Positions 10,258 through 18,786 of a stretch of 64,000 bases of DNA are shown in pieces. Positions within the stretch are counted from its first letter, which is position 1. Every line of letters starts with the position of its first letter. Below the pieces are notes generated by a model, which was given only the letters and a program-made list of their open reading frames with translations, ran no database searches and had not been told where the DNA came from. The DNA is taken from positions 124,001 through 188,000 of IMG/VR virus record IMGVR_UViG_3300025121_000011; one strand, written 5' to 3'. Position numbers and translations under genes: made by a program.

Positions 10258-10827
10258 ATGCCGAAAGATAATTCTGTTAGTATGTCACACAATCAAATTG
10301 GTTCAGATAGAAATAGACGGCTTAAGTCTTTGCCAGTCAAAGAAAACATAGAAAAAGCTCAACCTATGCTTGCTGAGGCAAAAGATATTTTTGCAAAATT
10401 AGACGGTAAAGTAGCGGAAGCTCAGATTAAAGATTTAGAAGAAAGTGGACCAAGATTGGCAAATTTTCAAGATTTAGTTTTCTTAGAAAAAATGGAAAAG
10501 ACTATTGAAATTGCTGGATGGATTTTCCAAATGCATACATTAACAGCTAAAGAGCAAAGAGATCTTTTATCTCATATCATGAGCTTACCAGCAGATAAGC
10601 GACTAATATTTGCTAAACCATATACAATCTGGATGTCATTAGATACTATTAATGACACACCAATTGAGGTGGCGGCCTCTTCTGCGGGTTATGAAGATGA
10701 TTTTGATTTTATTTGTAGTTGGCAAGATCCCTTGATTGAGAGACTATTTAGCGAATATGAAAAATTATTTAATTCATCTAAGTCTGTATTTCAAGCTGAT
10801 ACAGTGGAGAATGATCTAAAAAAATAA
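10258..10827 (+). CDS. Tail assembly chaperone (lambda gpG-like position)
   Basis: Between tube and tape measure; helical and acidic; FQMHTLTAKEQRDLL...WQDPLIERLFSEYEKL resembles myovirus chaperones; ends in the slippery heptamer A AAA AAA. Confidence 0.7.
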   Translation: MPKDNSVSMSHNQIGSDRNRRLKSLPVKENIEKAQPMLAEAKDIFAKLDGKVAEAQIKDLEESGPRLANFQDLVFLEKMEKTIEIAGWIFQMHTLTAKEQRDLLSHIMSLPADKRLIFAKPYTIWMSLDTINDTPIEVAASSAGYEDDFDFICSWQDPLIERLFSEYEKLFNSSKSVFQADTVENDLKK

Positions 10828-10851
10828 TGAAGGAGCCCGGCCACAGGCTCC
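10818..10851 (+). promoter_or_regulatory. Candidate programmed -1 ribosomal frameshift signal (slippery heptamer plus 3' hairpin)
   Basis: A AAA AAA at 10818-10824 in X XXY YYZ register, 7-nt spacer, then GGAGCC (10832-10837) / GGCTCC (10846-10851) stem with an 8-nt loop. Confidence 0.6.
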
Positions 10852-11282
10852 GGTGGAAGCTATGCAAGGCTCTTGGAAAGTCAGTGGATGATACAGAATT
10901 TGCTCAGATATCTCGTGAGCAATGGTTCTGGTATAGTGCTATGATTATTCAAGATGAACAAGAAGATTATGAACATCAACGTAATCTTCTTGAATATTTA
11001 GCTTCGTTCTGGAATTCATCTGCTGTTAAGAAGATTCAGGATGCCAGATCTTCCTCTGAGGTTCATAATTTCGCTTCAGATGAAGAATTTGAACAACAGA
11101 TTTTGGGTGGAGACTATCGAGACAATAAATTCATTAAAGCTATACAGTCTATAAACGATATGAAAGATACTAATAGCTCAAGTAAAGGTGATGATGATGA
11201 TGATGATTCAATGAGGAATCTCATTATGAAAGGTAAGATTAAGCTTCCAACTGATCTTGCCACTTTAATTGATGAGGTATAA
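10827..11282 (+). CDS. Tail assembly chaperone, downstream part (gpT-like; -1 frame)
   Basis: In the -1 frame relative to the upstream chaperone; LRWKLCKALGKSVDD...QWFWY resembles the short Trp-containing chaperone ORFs that precede tape measure genes. Confidence 0.6.
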   Translation: MKEPGHRLRWKLCKALGKSVDDTEFAQISREQWFWYSAMIIQDEQEDYEHQRNLLEYLASFWNSSAVKKIQDARSSSEVHNFASDEEFEQQILGGDYRDNKFIKAIQSINDMKDTNSSSKGDDDDDDSMRNLIMKGKIKLPTDLATLIDEV

Positions 11283-11284
11283 TA

Positions 11285-13117
11285 ATGCCAATTAGTGATG
11301 TCACGAAAGCATTTGATGGTGCTGGCGAATCTGTAGCAACATTACACTCTGGAATAGATGGTCTTAATAAAGCTGTTTTAGAGGGTGGAAATGCTATGAC
11401 TGCTTTAGCTAGTAGTATTGGAAGCCTTGGTACTAGCGGGCAGCAATTGACTGGCTCCTTAGCTTCTTTAACGGATGTTATTCCAGGTCTTAAGTTGGTT
11501 GGTGGTGCATTTAATATCATCGGTTCATCAATTTTAGCGGTATCGTCTATTGCTAAAAATTTCATAAAGGTTATTGATGAGGCTGCGGGAGTAATGGATG
11601 GACTTACAGGAATCAGCAGAGGATTATCTTTGCAATTATTTGAGGTTGCAGCAGGATTTGGCGGTGGATATGATGCGGCATATGAATATAAAAATATGTT
11701 ACTTGGTATGGCAACAGACTTGGCAGATTATGAATTTGGATTCATTAATCTATCTGAATCAAAACAAATGTTTGAATCTGCTAGACAAGCAAAATTAAGT
11801 TTAGAAGACCTTACGACTACTATCATTACCTCAGATACCACAATGGTAGGTTATGCCGCTGGAATATTACAGGCTAGCTCTATGGGACTAAAATTAGCAG
11901 AATATTCTAATCTTCTTGGTGATGCAATTTATGGACAAGGATTAAATACTAAAGAAGCCATGATACAATTATCTACTTTCAGAAATGTAGCAGGCGATAC
12001 TGGTGTTTCTTTAGATGATGTAACAAGCACTTTGCAGGGTTTGTCGCGTAGTTTTAGAACAATGGGGGTTGAAGCGGATTTTGGTGAGCCAATTTTAAGA
12101 GGATTTGCAGCATCATTAGATGATATTGGATTAGGCGCAGAAAATGCTAAGGCTTTGACCGAAAATCTTAGTAAATCTATTGCAAATATCGCTTTTAACC
12201 CTGCCTTAGCTTACGTTACTTCTCAATTTGGCAATCTCGGTTATGGTAAAGGAGGCTCAGCATTAAGCGCCTCTTATGAAATTCAGGCGAAGCTTATTGA
12301 GGCAGAAAAAACTGGTGACCAAGCCGCAGTAGGAGCGGAGTTAGCTGGGGCCATGAGAGATGTTCTCACCAAGTTAGGTGGGGGAAGTATAGTAACGGTT
12401 CAGCAAGCTGCCGCAGATGCATCTTTGGCTCCAACAGCATATAAACAACAGCAGATTTTAGAAGGTATGTATGGTTTAGATTCCCAATCAAGTGCTAGAA
12501 CATTAGAGATGTTGGCCAATCTTGAAAATGCTACTAAGTCTGGAGACAAAGATTTAGAAGCGCAGTTGGCAAAGGATTTTGCAGACGGAAAAAATGTTCG
12601 AAACAGTACTCGTGGTTTTCAAGAGGCTATATCCTCTAAGGTTTCTGCTTTAGGCGCCCAAGCTATTTTACAGACATCTGCTTTACAACAAATTGGTATA
12701 CATCTTGGACTTAGAGGAATAGATAAAGAGTTCAAAGAAAAAAGTGAAGATATCGCTGGGTTAAATATATTTGAGGAAATGGTTGGAAAAATTCAGTCTT
12801 CTGAGGGAAAGGCTGCACCAACCGCTGAAGCACTTGCTGGTGGAGCAAATATGTCTTATAAAGATCTTGCTAGTATGGCCGGCAAAGTTGTAGCGGAGGG
12901 AGGAGATCCAGCTAAAATGCAGGCACAGCTTTACACAGCAATTACAGGTAAAGAGCCGCCTGCTACCGAAGATAAGGGTGGAGTTGGAGAAAATTCAATG
13001 ATTATTTTGAGTAATACTTTATCTGTTTTAAACAATACTTTAAATAGTTTTGGAACCAATATAAGTGTTAAATTAGATAGTTTAACCCAAATGCTTAAGG
13101 CACAAAATCCATTTTAA
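11285..13117 (+). CDS. Tape measure protein
   Basis: 610 aa, Ala/Gly/Leu-rich and predicted all-helical, immediately after the chaperone pair. Confidence 0.75.
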   Translation: MPISDVTKAFDGAGESVATLHSGIDGLNKAVLEGGNAMTALASSIGSLGTSGQQLTGSLASLTDVIPGLKLVGGAFNIIGSSILAVSSIAKNFIKVIDEAAGVMDGLTGISRGLSLQLFEVAAGFGGGYDAAYEYKNMLLGMATDLADYEFGFINLSESKQMFESARQAKLSLEDLTTTIITSDTTMVGYAAGILQASSMGLKLAEYSNLLGDAIYGQGLNTKEAMIQLSTFRNVAGDTGVSLDDVTSTLQGLSRSFRTMGVEADFGEPILRGFAASLDDIGLGAENAKALTENLSKSIANIAFNPALAYVTSQFGNLGYGKGGSALSASYEIQAKLIEAEKTGDQAAVGAELAGAMRDVLTKLGGGSIVTVQQAAADASLAPTAYKQQQILEGMYGLDSQSSARTLEMLANLENATKSGDKDLEAQLAKDFADGKNVRNSTRGFQEAISSKVSALGAQAILQTSALQQIGIHLGLRGIDKEFKEKSEDIAGLNIFEEMVGKIQSSEGKAAPTAEALAGGANMSYKDLASMAGKVVAEGGDPAKMQAQLYTAITGKEPPATEDKGGVGENSMIILSNTLSVLNNTLNSFGTNISVKLDSLTQMLKAQNPF

Positions 13118-13127
13118 AGGAGTTTTT

Positions 13128-14027
13128 ATGGCTAGACAAGTTATGTGGTTTTTATTGCCACAAGATCTGGAGGCTCTAATCTCTAAAACTGGAGAACATA
13201 GAGATCATCTTCCAATTTATATCAATCCTCAAAGTTTTGATATTAAAGAAACTAAGCTAATTAATCATACGTTATCTAAAGGTGGTTATATTGTCCAGTA
13301 TTGGGGCGAAGAATTGCCAATCATTACTGTAGGAGGAACTACTGGTTCCGGTGGTATTGAGGCTATAAACATATTGCGTGATATTTATCGTCACGAACAG
13401 TTAACAATGAACCGAATTTTAATACAGAGAGCTAATGATTTTGCCTCTAACTCTTCTAATACTTTGGAAAATTCAAATAGCGCTAACTCTACATCTGGAG
13501 TAACCGCCACTATAGATGCCTTGTTTAGTGGTGCGGCAACAAGTATTATAGAAGGTACAAGATCTGTGGTCGAAGAGATAACTCAGGCTTTTTTAGGCAT
13601 TTCTGATGATACCTCTAAGAAAACTACTTTACTTCCATCATTAGGTGCATTTGCTGTTTCTATTGATATATTTTTTCAAGGAGTTAAATATAGGGGATTT
13701 TTTAAAGATTTTTCAGTACAAGAAAAAGCAGAAAGTCCTGGATTGTTTGACTATAATTTTACATTTATGGTAACAAGAAGAACTGGTCGCAGAAATAACT
13801 TTATGCCTTGGCATAGAAACCCATTATATTCAGATGGCACTCCAAGATCTGCTTCAGTTCCAACTAATGGCGCAGCAACTAATGAATTATCTATTCCAAC
13901 CGAAGCAGATTATGGAAATACTCAGGAACAAATGATTGGTGGCCGATTAAAATCTTCTTTTAACCAAACTAAAGAAGGATTAGCTGATATTAATCAAGTG
14001 CCAATAAATAGGCGGAGTAAGTTTTAA
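13128..14027 (+). CDS. Baseplate tail-tube initiator-like protein (P2 gpU / T4 gp48-gp54 class)
   Basis: After tape measure; IYINPQSFDIKE...GYIVQYWGEELPIITVGG...YRGFFKDFSVQE...FDYNFTF is the tube-like fold seen in initiator proteins. Confidence 0.65.
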   Translation: MARQVMWFLLPQDLEALISKTGEHRDHLPIYINPQSFDIKETKLINHTLSKGGYIVQYWGEELPIITVGGTTGSGGIEAINILRDIYRHEQLTMNRILIQRANDFASNSSNTLENSNSANSTSGVTATIDALFSGAATSIIEGTRSVVEEITQAFLGISDDTSKKTTLLPSLGAFAVSIDIFFQGVKYRGFFKDFSVQEKAESPGLFDYNFTFMVTRRTGRRNNFMPWHRNPLYSDGTPRSASVPTNGAATNELSIPTEADYGNTQEQMIGGRLKSSFNQTKEGLADINQVPINRRSKF

Positions 14028-17000
14028 TGTCTTATAATTATATTGTTAAAAAAAGTATTTCCAATATCTTATCAAATGCTTTATCTGGAAATTATCCATT
14101 ATTTATTGGTGGAAATACTGAGAGTAATTTATTTGGAGATGGTATTGCTATAAATTTGGGACAAAATAAGTTGGAATCTCATATTCCGAATACAAGAAAT
14201 ATAGTCACTATATCTCCGGAAGCATCTATTTTAATAAAGAAAAAAGCTTTTTCTACTTTCAAGGCCAATAATGATCTTAAGTTTATGGATAAAACAGAAA
14301 AAATGCTGTTAAGAGCAACCAAAACATTATTTGCTTATAAGTGTGCTCAAATTAGAACATATGAAGCTTTAACTAAATTTGAGGATTTTTTCAAACAGAC
14401 ACATCAAATTAATCTTGGTTTGTTTATAGATTTATTAAATAATGCAAAATTCTTAGAAGCAAATACCTCTCCAACAGATCTTAGTGCGCAGAATGGCATA
14501 GGGAAAATCACTGGCGCAATTAATAATACACTTTTAGCGTTAGGATTTGATGATGTAGCTTATGATGCATACAAGGAAGACATCTTAAAAATAGTTAAAC
14601 GAAATGCATTTGCCTCAGATATAAAACTTACAACCTGGATTGTAGATCCTGAAAGCCTAGAGAACTATAACACCGGTCCAGGTACAGGTGTAATTGATTT
14701 GTGTATGTTTACCAATTTTAATACGATGTGTACGTTAGAAACATCCCCAAGTCCTGCATCTTTTACTTTAGAAGACCCATATCGTATCATGTCTGTTTCG
14801 GAAGATGACATTGAAGTTGCTATTGATGAAGCGGTTAATGGTACAATAGGATTATTAAATGCTTTGACTTCTGGAGATCCTAATAGTCCCGCATTAGATG
14901 TTTCTAGTATTGTTTCTGCTGGACTTGAAAAATTGGGTTTAGGTTCTTTAGACGGTAGTTTGGATATGGGATATATTCGTAATAGACTTAGAGTTTTCTA
15001 TCTTGGAAAATCTATTGTTAACGCTGGAGATGAGGTTCATTTTTATATTCGGGGAAATAAAACAGTTGAACATTTTAATTCCGAAGAATCTAGTTTTGAT
15101 GAAGATTATTTGCAAATTGACGAAAATGTTTTAGAAGCCGAAAGAATACTATATACTAATCAAAGAATTGATTTAGAAACTTATAAAAAACTTAGAAAAA
15201 ATTCTGATAATGCATTATCTATGACTCATGTTTATGGTGGTTTTATTACAGATGTAGAAGAAAGTTTTTCTAATGGTAAGTGGATTTTAAATGCTCGTTG
15301 TATTGATAATATGGGTTGGTTGCAGTGGGCTAGACTTAACGTAGAGCCTGCCATTGATGATCCTCAGGGTGTATTAGAAGATCCCTTGACTCCATATGAA
15401 ATTAAAACAGATGAGTCTGGTAGAGTTTTATCTGTTAGTGGACCACAATTATTAGATGAAAATAAATATCTATTGCAAAGTGGATTATTGAAATATGATT
15501 CTGGTATTTTAAATGGACAGGTAGCATCCGAGACAAACCTTTTACAGGGCCAATACAATGATGGCGGCTCTTTGCATGGCTCTAAGATTATGCAGCATCC
15601 AAGTGGATTTGTTTACAGATGGAAAGATGGTGTAATTACTGCTACGGCAAATCTTTCTGTTAATGATCCTCTTGATGAAGATGTTGTTTCAGCTAGACGC
15701 CATCGTCAATTTTATGGTTGGCCCGTCACTTCCTCTGATAGTAGTGCGCTGGGTGTTTTTAATAACTTAGATATCGCTAATATTTTAAGTATTTTAGTGG
15801 TGGGTCAACCATATAATGTGGAATCTTTTATTGAGCAAGCATATTTGGCAAATGGTTTGACCCAAACTTCTGCTAGCTCTCTTGACCCTACAAATGCCGT
15901 GACATCTATTCTTGAAGTTGCAAGAAAACAGAATAGATTGTTAGGAAACTTTAGACCATATCGAATGATTACATTAAGTAGTCAATCATTGGAAGAAGGA
16001 ACAAGCTCCTTTATAATGCGTGATAAAGCAAATAAAAGCATTGAAGCCTTAAGAGAACGAAAGATAAAATTGGCCAAAATCTTGAGAGATGTGACTACCA
16101 GAGAGGTGGTTACGGGCGGAAGCACCGGGTTACTAGCCAGAACAATTCAGTCAGAAATTGATACTATCAATACTAGCATTAATAATTTAGTCAAACCATT
16201 CAAAGATATTTCACTAGATTCTGCTGATGCATTAATTGATAATTTTAATCTTTTTGGAAATAATAGAACATTATCTTTATCTGGAAATTTTGATGCTGAT
16301 CATCAAGTTACTAGAGCCCTTACGATGGTTGGAGCGCGAAGACGTATTGAAGATGCTCGACTTAATAGAGATATGAACTTATTTATTGTTTCAGATCAAT
16401 ATGATGAAAATACAGATATTAGACCTTTTCTTCTAAAGTTCAGAGACTCTGGATATAAAGTTTTTAAAGGTGTTTATACTAGCGTTTATGAAAAAGCTGA
16501 AGCCGCGGCAGGTTTTATGAATATGGAATTTTTCTGTAATACAGAGGGAAATCTGGAGTTTAGACCTCCACAATGGAATAAAACACCTCGTTCTGTTTTA
16601 GAAAAATTAATGCAGATAGAAAAGGAAGGAGTAGTTCCAGGATTTTTAAGAGATTTGTTTGATAGAAGAACAACCTCTCTTAGGCGTGAAATTCACGGTT
16701 TAAATATAAAAATTGCATTAATATCTTTATTGATGGGTAAGTATCCAGATAAAACTTTAATTCCAAATATGATTGTCTCTGGACCCAATGCTTTAGCCTT
16801 TTTTGGTATATCTGTTGATACAATAGATGGGCAAGCAGAGTTGGGAGTATCTCAGCCTTTTAAGGCCAGTGCCTCTATTGGAGATATTCAAAATCTAGAC
16901 GATCAACTACTTGGTAATGGTTTATCTGTTAGTTTCTCTATGGGAGAAGAGGGAGACCTGCTTACTGGAAATACATCTACTATATTAGGAACTTTTGACC

Positions 17001-18778
17001 CGGTATTTCAAGAAACAGGTTCTTCTGTTTTTGATAATGTAGTTAGCACAATCGGAAACCCAGGTGGAGCAGATGCCAAAGCTATTGCAAATGCAGAAAA
17101 TCTCAATGTTGTGCGTAATAGCTTCCGAAAAATCTCAGGAGGAGGAGATCCGATGGCGGGACTAATCCCCAATGCTTCTTTTACAGATAGTGATTTTGTC
17201 TTTACCAAAGGAGAAGAGACTAAAGCTATAAGCAAATTAAATACATATCTTGGGCAACTTAAATCTGCTATTTCCGAGAGAGATAAGTTGGTAGAACTCT
17301 TAGTTCGTAATGAAGAAAAACAGAAGGAATTAGAAGAAATAGAATCCTTATTGGCTGGTGACAATAAGGATGATGGTGATAACTTTTTAACTATTGGCGG
17401 AGTAGATTTAGAAGAGACTTTTACTAAAGCTCAAAATGTTGTAAATACGGCGAAAGATATTCTAACCGGAGATTCTACAAAGGGAAGTCTATTTGATCAT
17501 TTAATTGAAGATGATACGAAAAACTTAAAGGGGCCCGGTTCAGGTCGAAGGTTTATAGTAGAAGATTATGATATTATTAGTTGCAGTTTTACCGAAACTC
17601 CTCCAGAATTCACAAGAATAGACGTTGTTGGGAATGCCCCGTTTCAAGAGGAACTTCAAGCCAAATTTGAAGAAAGATATTTTTGGGCAGGTGGAACTGA
17701 TTTTGACCTTTGGAGACAGTACGGATATAAACATATTAAAAGAGATTTACCATTTGCAAGTAATGCTGAATTACAATGCAGACCTTATGCATATTTAGAG
17801 CTTCAATTACAACGAACAAAAGTTAACCAAGGAAACTTAACAATTACTGGTAATGAATATTATGAACCTGGAGATGTAATTTATGTTAAAAGTAAGGGAT
17901 TATTGTATTATGTAACTTCTGTTGGACATGGTTTAGATTATGGTAGTCAAAAATTTACAACACAATTAACTCTTAATAATGGACATCCTCCGGGGGTTTA
18001 TTTACCAAGTCCATTAGATATTATCGGTCAACAATTAACCAAAGATCCTTTTTCAAATCAAGCAATTGTATATAGAAATTCTAATGGAGATGATAGTTAT
18101 CGTGAATTACGTCCTGATTGCGCTATATTATTTCCAAATAATACAGAAATTACTTCAGAAAATATAAATGTTCTATTGGACCACAAAGATAACATGGTTC
18201 GATTTGCTAATATGATGATTGAATTAAATACTCTTGTTTATGGAAATAAAAAAGTTTTATTAAGAGGTTTTATTCAATTTTCTGACGACATTCATCGTCA
18301 AGAGGTTGAAGCAAATATGCAGACTATTAAAGAATTATTAATCAACCCACAGATGATTACGCAATACGATAGCTCGGCCATGGGAGATGATCTTTTGGAT
18401 TCTATTTCACAGGCCGCCAGCGGTCTTATAGGAATTGATGCAGGGTCTACTAAGGGACTGACTCCCCTCATTTTACCAAATGGATTACAAGTCTCTCCAG
18501 TGCCTATGGAATCTATTATAGGCCAGATAGTTATTATGAATGGAGATGGTCAATCAGAAATAACCTGTATGAATAAAGAATTATTATCTTCCGCAGAAGC
18601 TGGAATTTTTCCTTTAGGAGGACCAAAACAAAAAACTTGGTTAGATTTTAGAGATGATTTAACTAAATTATATAAAATTATTGAAATTGGTATTATTGAT
18701 ATCAATAGAAGCTTAGATGATATTCGCGATGAATCATTTGTAAAATTAGATGCCAGCGGAGATCTGGGTATTTTTTAA
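14027..18778 (+). CDS. Baseplate hub protein (P2 gpD / Mu gp44 / T4 gp27 class) with large insertions
   Basis: 1583 aa; hub motifs VYGGFITDVEESF...ARCIDNM, EFFCNTEGNLEFRPP, and GNLTITGNEYYEPGDVIYV...YYVTSVGH...FTTQLTL. Confidence 0.75.
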   Translation: MSYNYIVKKSISNILSNALSGNYPLFIGGNTESNLFGDGIAINLGQNKLESHIPNTRNIVTISPEASILIKKKAFSTFKANNDLKFMDKTEKMLLRATKTLFAYKCAQIRTYEALTKFEDFFKQTHQINLGLFIDLLNNAKFLEANTSPTDLSAQNGIGKITGAINNTLLALGFDDVAYDAYKEDILKIVKRNAFASDIKLTTWIVDPESLENYNTGPGTGVIDLCMFTNFNTMCTLETSPSPASFTLEDPYRIMSVSEDDIEVAIDEAVNGTIGLLNALTSGDPNSPALDVSSIVSAGLEKLGLGSLDGSLDMGYIRNRLRVFYLGKSIVNAGDEVHFYIRGNKTVEHFNSEESSFDEDYLQIDENVLEAERILYTNQRIDLETYKKLRKNSDNALSMTHVYGGFITDVEESFSNGKWILNARCIDNMGWLQWARLNVEPAIDDPQGVLEDPLTPYEIKTDESGRVLSVSGPQLLDENKYLLQSGLLKYDSGILNGQVASETNLLQGQYNDGGSLHGSKIMQHPSGFVYRWKDGVITATANLSVNDPLDEDVVSARRHRQFYGWPVTSSDSSALGVFNNLDIANILSILVVGQPYNVESFIEQAYLANGLTQTSASSLDPTNAVTSILEVARKQNRLLGNFRPYRMITLSSQSLEEGTSSFIMRDKANKSIEALRERKIKLAKILRDVTTREVVTGGSTGLLARTIQSEIDTINTSINNLVKPFKDISLDSADALIDNFNLFGNNRTLSLSGNFDADHQVTRALTMVGARRRIEDARLNRDMNLFIVSDQYDENTDIRPFLLKFRDSGYKVFKGVYTSVYEKAEAAAGFMNMEFFCNTEGNLEFRPPQWNKTPRSVLEKLMQIEKEGVVPGFLRDLFDRRTTSLRREIHGLNIKIALISLLMGKYPDKTLIPNMIVSGPNALAFFGISVDTIDGQAELGVSQPFKASASIGDIQNLDDQLLGNGLSVSFSMGEEGDLLTGNTSTILGTFDPVFQETGSSVFDNVVSTIGNPGGADAKAIANAENLNVVRNSFRKISGGGDPMAGLIPNASFTDSDFVFTKGEETKAISKLNTYLGQLKSAISERDKLVELLVRNEEKQKELEEIESLLAGDNKDDGDNFLTIGGVDLEETFTKAQNVVNTAKDILTGDSTKGSLFDHLIEDDTKNLKGPGSGRRFIVEDYDIISCSFTETPPEFTRIDVVGNAPFQEELQAKFEERYFWAGGTDFDLWRQYGYKHIKRDLPFASNAELQCRPYAYLELQLQRTKVNQGNLTITGNEYYEPGDVIYVKSKGLLYYVTSVGHGLDYGSQKFTTQLTLNNGHPPGVYLPSPLDIIGQQLTKDPFSNQAIVYRNSNGDDSYRELRPDCAILFPNNTEITSENINVLLDHKDNMVRFANMMIELNTLVYGNKKVLLRGFIQFSDDIHRQEVEANMQTIKELLINPQMITQYDSSAMGDDLLDSISQAASGLIGIDAGSTKGLTPLILPNGLQVSPVPMESIIGQIVIMNGDGQSEITCMNKELLSSAEAGIFPLGGPKQKTWLDFRDDLTKLYKIIEIGIIDINRSLDDIRDESFVKLDASGDLGIF

Positions 18779-18786
18779 GGTGAAAT

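Noticed and set aside
10838-10856. H-type pseudoknot downstream of the slippery site (loop CCAC pairing with GTGG at 10853-10856)
   Set aside because: Only 4 bp, and the connecting loop would be 1 nt, too short to span the 6-bp stem; reported as a simple hairpin.
11189-11206. (GAT)6 microsatellite encoding poly-Asp
   Set aside because: In-frame trinucleotide low-complexity run; no phase-variation potential and no further structure.
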